In this document: positions 12,201-23,654 of the stretch, piece after piece
How the letters are laid out: the number at the start of each line of letters is the position of its first letter
How positions within the stretch are numbered: position 1 is the first letter of the stretch
DNA from: Mizuhopecten yessoensis
Taxonomy: Eukaryota
Direction of reading: 5' to 3'
NCBI RefSeq assembly: GCF_002113885.1
Contig: NW_018408761.1
Span: 2,633,212-2,697,211, forward strand
Length of the DNA: 64,000 nt
Notes under the pieces: model-generated
Told to the model about the DNA's origin: nothing
What the model saw: only the letters and a program-made list of their open reading frames with translations
Databases searched by the model: none
Program-made: the position numbers and the translations under genes

Positions 12201-14850
12201 TCGTAGGACTGTTACTACAGTCTGTGTTGGTGTCGCGTCGTAGGACTTAGTGTTGTAAGACTGGTACAGTCTGTCTTGTTGTCGTGTTATAAGGCTAGTA
12301 CGGTCTGTCTTGTTGTCGTGTAGTGAGACTAGTACAGTCTGTCTTATTGTCGTGTTATAAGGCTAGTACGATCTGTCTTGTTGTCGTGTAGTGAGACTAG
12401 TACAGTCTGTCTTATTGTCGTGTTATAAGGCTGGTACAGTCTGTCTTGTTGTCGTGTTATAAGGCTAGTACAGTCTATCTTATTGTCGTGTTATAAGGCT
12501 AGTACAGTCTATCTTATTGTCGTGTTATAAGGCTGGTACAGTCTGTCTTGTTGTCGTGTTATAAGGCTAGTACGATCTGTCTTGTTGTCGTGTAGTGAGA
12601 CTAGTACAGTCTGTCTTATTGTCGTGTCGTAAGACTGGTACAGTCTGTGTTGGTGGCATGTAGTAGGACTGGTACAGTCGGTGTTAGTGTTGTGTCGTAG
12701 GACTTTGTAACACTGGTACAGTCTGTCTTATTGTCGTGTTATAAGGCTAGTACGGTCTGTCTTGGTGTCGTGTAGTGAGACTAGTACAGTCTGTCTTATT
12801 GTCGTGTTATAAGGCTGGTACAGTCTGTCTTGTTGTCGTGTTATAAGGCTAGTACGATCTGTCTTGTTGTCGTGTCGTAAGACTGGTACAGTCTTTGTTG
12901 GTGTCGTGTCGTAGGACTGATACAGTCTGTGTTGGTGTCATGTGGTAGGACTGGTACAGTCTGTGTTGGCGTCGCGTCGTAGGACTGGTACAGTCTGTGT
13001 TGGTGGCGCGTCGTAGGACTGGTACAGTCTGTGTACTGGTATAGTCTGTGTTGATGTCGTGTCGTAAGACTGGTACAGTCTTTGTTGGGGTCGTGTCGTA
13101 AGACTTGTTCTGTCTTTGTTGGTGTCGTGTCGTAGGACTGGTATAGTCTGTGTTGGTGTCATGTCGTAGGACTGGTACAGTTTGTGTTGGTGTAATGTAG
13201 TAGGACTGGTACAGTTTGTGGTAGTGTCGTGTCGTAGGACTGGTATAGTCTGTGTTGGTGTCGTGTCGTAGGACTGGTTCAGTCGGTGTTGGTGTTGTGT
13301 CGTAGGACTGGTACAGTCTGTGTTGGTGGCATGTCGTAGGACTGGTATAGTCTGTGTTGGTGTCATGTAGTAGGACTGGTACAGTCTGTGTCGTCGGACT
13401 GGTATAGTCTGTGTTGGTGCTGTGTTGGTGTAATGTAGTAGGACTGGTACAGTTTGTGGTAGTGTCGTGTCGTAGGACTGGTACAGTCTGTGTTGGTGTC
13501 GTGTCGTCGGACTGGTATAGTCTGTGTTGGTGGCATGTCGTAGGACTGGTACAGTCTGTGTTGGTGGCATGTCGTAGGACTGGTACAGTCTGTGTTGGTG
13601 CCATGTCGTAGGACTGGTACAGTCTGTGTTGGTGGCATGTCGTAGGACTAGTATAGTCTGTGTTGGGGTCGTGTCGTAGGACTGGTACAGTCTGTGTTGG
13701 GGTCATGTCGTAGGACTGGTACAGTCTGTATTGGTGTCATGTCGTAGGACTGGTACAGTTTGTGTTGGTGTAATGTAGTAGGACTGGTACAGTCTGTGGT
13801 GGTGTCGTGTCGTAGGACTGGTACAGTCGGTGTTGGCAGTCTGTGTTGGTGTCATGTAGTAGGACTAGTACAGTCTGTGTTGGTGTCATGTCGTAGCACT
13901 GGTACAGTCTGTGTTGGTGTTGTATCGTAGGACTGGTACAGTCTGTGTTGGTGCCATGTCGTAGGACTGGTACAGTCTGTGTTGGGGTCATGTCGTAGGA
14001 CTGATACAGTCTGTGTTGGTGTTGTATCGTAGGACTGGTACAGTTTGTGTTGGTGTCGTGTCGTAGGACTGGTACAATCTGTGTTGGTGTCGCGTCGTAG
14101 GTCTGGTACATTTTGTGTTGGTGTCGTGTCGTAGGACTGGTATAGTCTGTCTTGGTCTCGTGTCGTAGGACTGGTACAGTCGGTGTTGGTGTCGTGTCGT
14201 AGGACTGGTACAATCTGTGTTGGTGTTGTATCGTAGGACTGGTACAGACTGTGTTGGTGTCATGTCGTCGGACTGGTATAGTCTGTGTTGGTGTCGTGTC
14301 GTAGGACTGTTCCAGTCTGTGTTGGTGTCATGTCGTAGGACTCGTACAGTCTGTATTGGTGTCGTGTCGTAGGACTGGTACAGTCGGTGTTGGTGTTGCG
14401 TCGTAGGACTGGTACAGTCTGTATTGGTGTCATGTCGTAGGACTGGTACAGTCAGTGTTGGTGTTGTATCGTAGGACTGGTACAGTCTGTGTTGGTGCCA
14501 TGTCGTAGGACTGGTACAGTCTGTGTTGGGGTCATGTCGTAGGACTGATACAGTCTGTGTTGGTGTTGTATCGTAGGACTGGTACAGTTTGTGTTGGTGT
14601 CGTGTCGTAGGACTGGTACAGTCTTTGTTGGTGTAATGTAGTAGGACTGGTACAGTCTGTGTTGGTGTCCTGTCGTAGGACTGGTACAGTCTGTGTTGGG
14701 GTCATGTCGTAGGACTGGTACAGCCTGTGTTGGTGTTGTATCGTAGGACTGGTACAGTCTGTGTTGGTGCCATGTCGTAGGACTGGTACAGTCTGTGTTG
14801 GTGTCGCGTCGTAGGACTGGTATAGTCTGTCCTGTTCGTGGTGTAAGACT
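6285..14850. repeat. 34-bp satellite array with two subfamilies: A (GTTATAAGGCTAGTACAGTCTGTCTTATTGTCGT) and B (GTCGTAGGACTGGTACAGTCTGTGTTGGTGTCGT)
   Basis: About 8.5 kb of tandem 34-mers. The 34-aa period of the minus-strand ORFs equals three units. Confidence 0.97.
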
Positions 14851-15574
14851 GTTGTCGTGTTTACCTAGTCCTGGCTTTTGCATGTATAACAACTTGAAAC
14901 GGTCATTAGAAATATGATGTTTTGAAAGTATCTTAAGAAATTAAGTTTACTGATAAAGAAAACCAAACAAAGTAAATATTTTCCTATAATACTTCTTCAA
15001 TTGATGACTCATTGGTAATAAAGATTAAGAGAATGAAAATCCATCCCTAAAATGTTAAGAAACAGATAAATAATACAGCTTAAAGGGAAAGACGCCTATC
15101 GAATCAAATATAAATTTACAGGTTAACAACTTTTGGCTTCAAATGATCATTTGTTCCTTAGCTAGTATTTCAGGTAAAGCATGCTCAGAATACATTCCAG
15201 CATTGCGGCCATCCTTGTGGATCGAGAGTAAATCAGCACAGTTAACCATCTTGTCATATGTGGAACAATAACCAGATAGGTGAACGCATTGCACACAAAT
15301 GTTGGTGCACCTATACCAGTTGGTAATGGATACAGTACGTCAAACGTGAACTACTTACAGCTGGGAGTCCGCCTAAGACTCGTCGGTGATGTAAGGGATC
15401 CATAAGGTGGAAATCAAAATTTGTCCAACCTGCTGTTGAAACTAAAGCGTAAAATCCCTTAATTACATGATTTTAAAAACAAGAGGATCACTGGTTAATT
15501 TCAAATTAGTAGTGAAGAGTTTATATGTATATTGTGAACCGTACCAGTACTTAAAATAAATAACTGTGGCCGTC

Positions 15575-16752
15575 AAGATTACAGCCAACGTCGGGGACTA
15601 AGATGACAGCAAACGTCGGGGACTAAGGTAACAGCAAACGTCGGGTACTACGATTACAGCCAACGTGGGGGGACTAAGGTTACAGCAACCTTTAGGGACT
15701 AATGTTACAGCAAACGTCGGGACTAAGATTACAGCAAACGTCGGGGACTAATGTTACAGCAAACGTCGGATACTAATGTTACAGCAAACGTCGGGGATTA
15801 ATGTTACAGCAAACATCGGGGACTAAGGTACAGCAAACGTCGGGGACTAAGGTACAGCAAACGTCGGGGACTAAGGTACAGCAAACGTCGGGAACTTAGG
15901 TTACAGCAAACGTTGGGGACTAAGGTACAGCAAACGTCGGGGACAAAGGTACAGCCAATTTCGGGGACTAACATTACAGTAAACGTCGGGGACTAAAGTT
16001 ACCGCAAACTTCGGGGACTAACATTACAGCAAACGTCGGGGACTTAGGTTACAGCAAACGTTGAGGAATAAGGTTACAGCAAACGTCGGAGACTAAGGTA
16101 CAGCAAACGTCGGTACTATGGTTACAACAAACGTCGGGGACTAAGTTTACAGTAAACGTCGGGGACTAAGGTTACAGCAAACGTCGGGGACTAAGGTTAC
16201 ATCAAACGTCGGAGACTAAGTTTACAGCAAACGTCGGGGACTAAGTTTACAACAAACGGTGGGGACTAAGGTACAGCTAACGTCGGGGAATAAGGTTACA
16301 GCAAACGTCGGGGACTAAGTTTACAACAAACGTCGGGAACTAAGGTTACAGAAAACGTCGGGGACTAAGGTACAGCAAACTTTAGGGACTAATGTTACAA
16401 CAAACGTCGGGGACTAAGTTTACAACAAACGTCGGGGACTAAGGTACAGCAAACGTCGGGGACTAAGGTTACAGCAAACGTCGGGGACTTAGTTTACAAC
16501 AAACGGTGGGGACTAAGGTACAGCAAACGTCGGGGACAAAGGTTACAGCAAACGTCGGTGACTTAGTTTACAACAAACGTCGGGGAATAAGGTTACAGCA
16601 AACGTCGGAGACTAAGGTACAGCAAACGTCGGTACTAAGGTTACAACAAACGTCGGGGACTAAGATTACAGTAAACGTCGGGGACTAAGGTTACAGCAAA
16701 CTTCGGGGACTAAGGTTACAGCAAACGCCGGGGACTAAGGTACAGCAAACGT
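15575..16752. repeat. 24/25-bp minisatellite (G[T]TACAGCAAACGTCGGGGACTAAG)
   Basis: Directly visible tandem units. Confidence 0.96.
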
Positions 16753-17779
16753 CCTCTGTACTTTGTATGTTATGTGATGTAATGCAACTCAATTTGGAAT
16801 GAAATAAAGTTTATATTAAATACAAAGCAATGAGGCACATATTTGAATTTTAGATTTTCGATGTAGAAAGCCCCCCAGAGTAAACATGTTGCTGTACCAC
16901 AAGACCATTGTTTTCATCTACTGTAAATATCATGCTGACATTGGTGGGATGTCCATCAACTCACGTTAAACAAGCAAGTAACTATATTGACCGGACATTA
17001 CCAAACCTTGAATAATTAGTTCTGTTTCAAATATCAAACATTAAAAAAACAGATTATTTTCAAATGATCAAACTCATGATAAGCTACCACGTAGTCACCT
17101 GGTTCGTTTAGGATATAATGTTCCGGTTTTTTTATGCAGGATAAATTTGACCAAGGCTGGCGTGATTAGAAATTGGCTGTGCTCCTGAGACTAGCTGCAA
17201 GTATATATTGAACATTTTATCATGATAACCTCTGGCCGAGGAAGAGAACTGCCAAGTTACATCCCCACCGACAGTCGGTTATTAGGGAGAAGATATAACG
17301 GCTAAAACCCTAGGGAGTTACGTTACATTAGCAGTACATATTATATATGAAGATCGGACAGTAGCCAGTAGCAGGGAACTGTACATACCGGGTGTGTAGG
17401 TGGCTGGACTGTCAACACCTCGTCCGCCAACGACCTCCAATCATCTTACACCAATTCCCAGTCTTTTATGCTATTATGGTTTCGTCGTTATTAAATTGTT
17501 TTTTAGTTTGTTCCGTGGAATACTTTTTGTTTCATGCTTCATTCAAAGAGATAATTATAGCAAAGACAAAAATGTAGCAAAAAGATAAAAGTGACAGTGA
17601 TAATGTAGCAAAGAATTTACTGTAGCAAGAAACAAATGTAACAAAGAGACGAAGGCAACAAAGAAAGAAATTCAGCAAAAAGACAAAATGTAGCAAAAAG
17701 ACAGATTAAATGTAGAGAAGAAACAAATAAAGCAGAGTAGTAACTGAAACAAACGAACAAATGTAACAAACAACGATCC

Positions 17780-18157
17780 GAATGTAACAAAGATTCGAAT
17801 GTAACAAAGATTCGAATGTAACAAAGATTCGAATGTAATAAAGATTCGAATAAAGATTCGAATGTAATAAAGATTCGAATGTTACAAAGATTCGAATGTA
17901 ACAAAGATTCGAATGTTACGAAGATTCGAATGTAACAACGATTCGAATGTAACAAAGATTCGAATGTTACAAAGATTCGAATGTTACAAAGATTCGAATG
18001 TAACAAAGATTCGAATGTAAAAAATATTCGAATGTAACAAAGATTCGAATGTTACAAAGATTCGAATGTAAAAAAGATTCGAATGTAACAAAGATTCGAA
18101 TGTTACAAAGATTCGAATATAAAAAAGATTCGAATGTAACAAAGATTCGAATGTTAC
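17780..18157. repeat. 17-bp minisatellite (GAATGTAACAAAGATTC), forming the palindrome ATTCGAAT at each unit junction
   Basis: Directly visible; 17-aa period in the minus-strand ORFs. Confidence 0.95.
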
Positions 18158-18234
18158 AAAAAAGGAAACGTAGCAAAGAAACAAAGATATCAGACAATGA
18201 CAATGGGTTCCGCTCTACATGTCTTCAATACACA

Positions 18235-18706
18235 AAATAGGAATAAGAATACAACATTTGATATAGCGCCCTATCTAGCTCGAATAAGCTACTCTAAAGC
18301 GCTTTACAATACATAGATATACAATGCATACACTCAATACAATTAGCATATACATTAATCAATACATTTTGAGGAATTCGCAGGGCTGCCTCATCAGGCG
18401 CTAACTCATAATCTTATGCCACCTGGATAATATCTCCATATGTGTGTATGCCTGCGTGTGTGCTGGAGATGTACTGTGTTCTGTTTGTAGTTGGACCGTG
18501 CTTCCAACGGTATCATTTATAGTGCCACCTCACTTGAAATTTACAGCACAGTCAGATACCGCAACATCCACCCCAGACCAGTTTATACTCCATCTGTGTA
18601 GAACAACGCTTTCTCTGAATCTGCCATGCGGTACGACGATTTTTGGGATCGAACCCCGACCGCCTGCGTGGAAGGCCGTAGTGTTAACCACTCGAACAAT
18701 CCGCCC
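18235..18706 (-). mobile_element. tRNA-derived SINE (Gly-like head, L2/CR1-type 3' tail)
   Basis: Minus strand starts GGGCGGATTGTTCGAGTGGTTAAC (A box), has a TCC-like anticodon loop and B box GGTTCGATCC (18646-18655). It ends TGTAAAGCGCTTTAGAG...GCGCTATATCAAATG plus a TATT-rich tail, resembling L2-clade 3' ends. Confidence 0.75.
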
Positions 18707-19577
18707 ATAAAACACGTATATCGAGAGCAGAACCCTTGCTTTTCGATGATGAAATTGAGCGAAAGACAAATATATTAAAGAGACACGTTTAGAGAAAGAC
18801 AAATTACAAAAAATGCCTTAAGTACCCAAATAGAGCAAACACATATTTAGAATATATGTCTAGCTAAATAGAAATGTAGAAAATGTCAAATATAGTAACA
18901 ATTAGACAAATGTAGCAAAGAAACAAAGTTAGAAATAAACAGATGACATGTGTAAATACTGTAGATCGGAACGAAACGACAACTGTAACAATGGGCCAGT
19001 GTAGCAATTAGACAGATATATATGTATTAAGTTCACGTATGCATAAAGAGCCAAATCTCATTTAGGGACAATAATAGGAAAGAGACAAATGTTACAAACA
19101 TATCCAGGAGGACAGTTCCACACTGAAGAGGCGTTCGTGTTAAGATTATACAACAGAAATGGGTCCAGACAAGGAAAGGAGCGTTGGGTCATCAGCGAAT
19201 TTAATCATATTCATATGGTTAAAAAGTCAGATGGTTTAGACAAACACATTTGTGATAATAGTTTTCCCAATAAAACATTTCATTCATCAAACTTATTCCG
19301 GTGAGACCATAATTTCCTATCTCATACACTTAATCCTTTTTACAAACCAACTCGCACGCACATGTCTATATCAGTGTGTTGTTCTGGTGGAGTATAAGAC
19401 ATATCACAAGGAACTCTCTCAAAAGACGAACGATCAATGTTACCGTGTATCACTATCTCATTACCCAAATGTCCTATAGCAAGTCAGCCAGTGCGTCAAC
19501 ATTAACACCGTTCGCTCCAAGGAGTTGGCGTAATCTACATGTGTGCAACGTGCGTGATGTTGTTGTGACTTTATAGG

Positions 19578-19975
19578 TCCCTTTAGTGTCGACAGGGTCG
19601 TTTGGTCCAGAATTACCGCCGTTAGTGTACATCTGTGTCAACAAAGGCGTGTTGGTCCAGAATTATCACTGGTAGTGACCCTCTACATCGACGGAGGGCC
19701 GTTCTGTGTCGATAGAGGGCCGTTGTTCCAGATCGAGTTACCCCCCGGTAGTGCCCCTTTGTGTCAACAGAGGGTTGTTGGTCCAGAATCACCGCTGTTA
19801 GTGTCCCTCTGTGTCGACGGAGGGCCGTTGTTCCAGAGTTACCCCCGGTAGTGCCCCTTTGTGTCAACAGAGGGCTGTTGGTCCAGAATCACCGCTGTTA
19901 GTGTCCCTCTGTGTCGACGGAGGGCCGTTATTCCAGAGTTACCCACGGTAGTGTCCCTTTGTGTCAACAGAGCGT
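19578..19975. repeat. 50-bp repeat organised as a 100-bp dimer
   Basis: GTGTCAACAGAG recurs at 19761, 19861 and 19961, with the related GTGTCGACGGAGGG half-way between. Confidence 0.88.
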
Positions 19976-19994
19976 TGTTTGTCATTTGAGTGAC

Positions 19995-20217
19995 GGTTTG
20001 GTTTGTTTGTATTTTACGTCCTTTTAACAGCTATGGTCATTTAAGGACGTGCCAGGTTTTGATGGTGGAGGAAAGCCGGAGTTCCAGGAGAAAAACCACC
20101 GACTAACGGCCAGTACCTGACGACTGCCCCACGTAGGTCTCGAACCCGCGACCCAGTGGTGGAGGGCTAGTGGTAGCAGAATGTCAGACGCATTAAACAC
20201 TTGGCCACCGCGGTCCC
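19995..20217 (-). mobile_element. tRNA-derived V-domain SINE
   Basis: Minus strand: GGGACCGCGGTGGCCAAGTG (A box), GGTTCGAGACC (B box), V-domain-like GGTGGTTTTTCTCCTGGAACTCCGGCTTTCCTCCACC, and a (CAAA)n tail. Confidence 0.82.
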
Positions 20218-20664
20218 TCCTTCGAGTAACAAACAAGGAATGTCCCTCTGCAAACAAGGCATAGCTAATGATTCATTATTGATACACTACTCAGCATAAC
20301 CCGTATCCCCAACTTTCATGAGCACATAGCAAACTTAATCCAATGATTCTCGCCAATGTTGTGCTGGGTACCTTCAACACAACTCCCATTCCCCACTAAT
20401 TTGTCTATCACGTGACGATTAATTTTGTCTTAATTGCTAAAATCCCAATGACTGTATTTGCCCTTAATAGACATTTATGTATTTTTTTACCCTCTTTTAC
20501 CCATACTCAAATTCATATTATTCTTCTGTCCCTATACCCTCAAACCTACACGACCACTATTCTTTACGGTTAAAATACCAGTCACCTGTAAGCTGGCCGA
20601 AGGGAGGTAATCAGTAAAATAAGTCTAATGTGTCCAACAAATAGGAGAGATAATTCTCAGTCAA

Positions 20665-22240
20665 GAGATGTTATACAAAGATGACCTTTATAGACAGGTG
20701 TTTTATAAACAAAGGTAGTCCTCACAGACAATGACTGTTATACAAAGGTGACCTTTATAGACAGGTGTTTTATAAACAGAGGTAGTCCTCACAGACAATA
20801 GATGTTATACAAAGATGACCTTTATAGACAGTTGTTTTATAAACAGAGGTAGTTCTCATAGATTGTCTGACAAAAGATGTTATACAAAGATGACCTTTAT
20901 AGACAGTTGTTTTATAAACAGAGGTAGTTCTCACAGACAATAGATGTTATACAAAGATGACTTTTATAGACAGGTGTTTTATAAACAGAGGTACTTAATT
21001 ATCAGACAATGGATGTTATACATAGGTGACATTTTAATTATAGAAAGGTGTTTTATAAACACATGTATTCCTCATAGACAATGTATGTTATACAAAGGTG
21101 ACCTATATAGACAGGTGTTTTATAAACAGGTAGTTCACACAGACAATAGATGTTATACAAAGGTGACCTTTATAGACAGTTGTTTTATAAACAGAGGTAG
21201 TTCTCACAGCAATAGATGTTATACAAAGGTGACCTTTATAGACAGGTGTTTTATAAACAGATAGTCCTCACAGACAATGAATGTTATACAAAGGTGACCT
21301 TTATAGACATGTGTTTTATAAACAAAGGTAGTTCTCATAGACAATGGATGTTATACAAAGGTGACCTTTATAGACCGGTGTTTTATAAACAGAGGTAGTC
21401 CTTACAGACAATGATTGTTATACAAAGATGACTTTTATAGACAGGTGTTTTATAAACAGAGGTACTTATCAGACAATGGATGTTATACAAAGGTGACATT
21501 TTAATTATAGAAAGGTGTTTTATAAACACAGGTATTCCTCACAGACAATGTATGTTATACAAAGGTGACCTATATAGACAGGTGTTTTATAAACAGGTAG
21601 TTCACACAGACAATAGATGTTATACAAAGGTGACATTTATAGACAGTTGTTTTATAAACAGAGGTAGTTCTCAGACAATAGATGTTTTACAAAGGTGACC
21701 TTTATAGACAGGTGTTTTATAAACAAAGGTAGTTCTCACAGCAATAGATGTTATACAAAGGTGACCTTTATAGACAGGTGTTTTATAAACAGATAGTCCT
21801 CACAGACAATGAATGTTATACAAAGGTGACCTTTATAGACATTTGTTTTATAAACAATGGTAGTTCTCACAGACAATGGATGTTATACAAAGGTGACCTT
21901 TATAGACTGGTGTTTTATAAACAGAGGTAGTCCTTACAGACAATGATTGTTATACAAAGGTGACCTTTAAAGACAGGTGTTTTATAAACAAAGGTAGTTC
22001 TCACAGATAATAGATGTTATACAAAGGTGACCTTTATAGACAGTTGTTTTATAAACAGAGGTAGTTCTCAGACAATAGATGTTATACAAAGGTGACCTTT
22101 ATAGACAGGTGTTTTATAAACAAAGGTAGTTCTCAGACAATAGATGTTATACAAAGGTGACCTTTATAGACAGGTGTTTTTTAAACAAAGGTAGTTCTCA
22201 CAGACAATGGATGTTATACAAAGGTGTCTTCATAGACAGA
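20665..22240. repeat. ~67-bp tandem repeat (AGACAATAGATGTTATACAAAGGTGACCTTTATAGACAGGTGTTTTATAAACAGAGGTAGTTCTCAC)
   Basis: Directly visible. Diagnostic variants recur 467 and 532 bp apart, indicating a multi-unit block duplication. Confidence 0.95.
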
Positions 22241-23588
22241 CATTTTGATTTTCCACAACAACATGTTTTACAAAGAATATTTTACCGATTAAAGGTGTTA
22301 CATAGATGTCAGTGATTTTAAATGTGTTTCTTTTCAGAGTTTCTAGAATAAATTTACCTGTGTAATAGGGAAAGGGGAGACAACTGACATGCTCAAGAGA
22401 ATTCTTCTTTACTGAACTGTCTGGTCATGACAGACTGTACATGATGAGATGGCCTCTATCAAACTATAGACAGCTGGTTATCTGGTTCTTTTGGACACTT
22501 TTTTAAAGTATTTTTGAGAGAGCTGATGTTTATATATCCATAGTCGCTGTACTGTTATTGGACTTAGTTCTCCTTTAAAGACAAAATAAATCAACAAAAT
22601 ATTTACCTTTTTGTTTTATTACAAAGGTAACACATACTCAACAATGTTGTCATAATAAATAGATGAGGTTAATTTAGCACTTCCATTTCTGGATCATACG
22701 TATACATTCGAACACACCATCCACTTACATACACCATCACAATTTAGTGGTTACAATCTATTCAACTTGTACGTTTCTTATCATGCTTGAAAAATACTTC
22801 TTCTCTTAAAAAAGATTTCTTCAAATTGCTTTTTTTAAATTGGTTTTGGACTTGTAGTTATCATAGAACTATTTACTTTTGTAGGCCTAAAGTGATTGTC
22901 CTGAAATAAATGGTTTTGTGTAATATAAGGTAAATCTTTACCGGTAATTACTGTCACTGAATTCTGGCCGAATAAAAAATATCAAGAATATTTGAAAACA
23001 AATTTAAAAATACGAAATGAAATATATTTAAATAAAATACACATGTACTCAGATTCCCTAACTCAAACCTCATCATTGACTGAAGTTTTTAAATGCATCA
23101 GGAGACCGGAGGAGGGACCAACTGTATTCAGAACAAGGCATGCCTCACACACTCCTGTAGTTACACACCTCCAAACCATGGTTTCACGCTGTGTTGTCTT
23201 AGACATATACATGTAGGGATCAAACTTAATACTTCATATATCTTGCACCAAATATGGCCACTCAAACAATCATCCATCACATTAATAGTTTTTCACACAG
23301 TGTTAACTTTTTCTACAGTACTTTGTAATGGTTGTGATTGGTACGTCCAATAACTCAATACAAACACTGGGGGAAGTTGTATTGGCACAAACCTTTCTCA
23401 TGTCAAAGTCATAAAGCTTCCTTAAAGAATAATAACCTATATGCAGCGCATCCTGACTAAATCTGTTCAAACAGTTCTCAATGTTTTGGAATCCACAGAG
23501 AATCACATCTGTGCTGTTTGATGGAAAATTCTTAGGACTCTGTGCATGTAGATTTGGCAGGCAGTTAATAAAACTCGGGGTCCATACA

Positions 23589-23654
23589 TCACTTCCGTCC
23601 CTTTTTGCGTAGAGCTTGTCCTGATCCAGAAAATGCCTCAAATCCCTTTCCATC
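23589..23654 (-). CDS. UFD1: UFD1 exon 12 ([21 protein letters not shown])
   Basis: C-terminal SHP box, TGA stop, AG acceptor. Confidence 0.93.
   Translation of the reverse strand, partial: DGKGFEAFSGSGQALRKKGRK

Noticed and set aside
9310-14892. Thr-rich mucin-like ORFs up to 521 aa on the minus strand
   Set aside because: Translations of the 34-bp satellite; the same 34-aa cycle appears in all three frames.
15080-15462. Possible TTAA-flanked TIR element (TTAAAGGGAAAGACGC ... GCGTAAAATCCCTTAA)
   Set aside because: The terminal match is too short and degenerate to call.
6285-16752. CRISPR-like appearance of the 25-35-bp repeats
   Set aside because: Units are head-to-tail with no unique spacers, there are no cas genes, and the context is eukaryotic.
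18630-18706. Possible tRNA-Gly gene on the minus strand
   Set aside because: Acceptor and anticodon stems pair poorly, and the sequence continues into a SINE body with a LINE-like tail.
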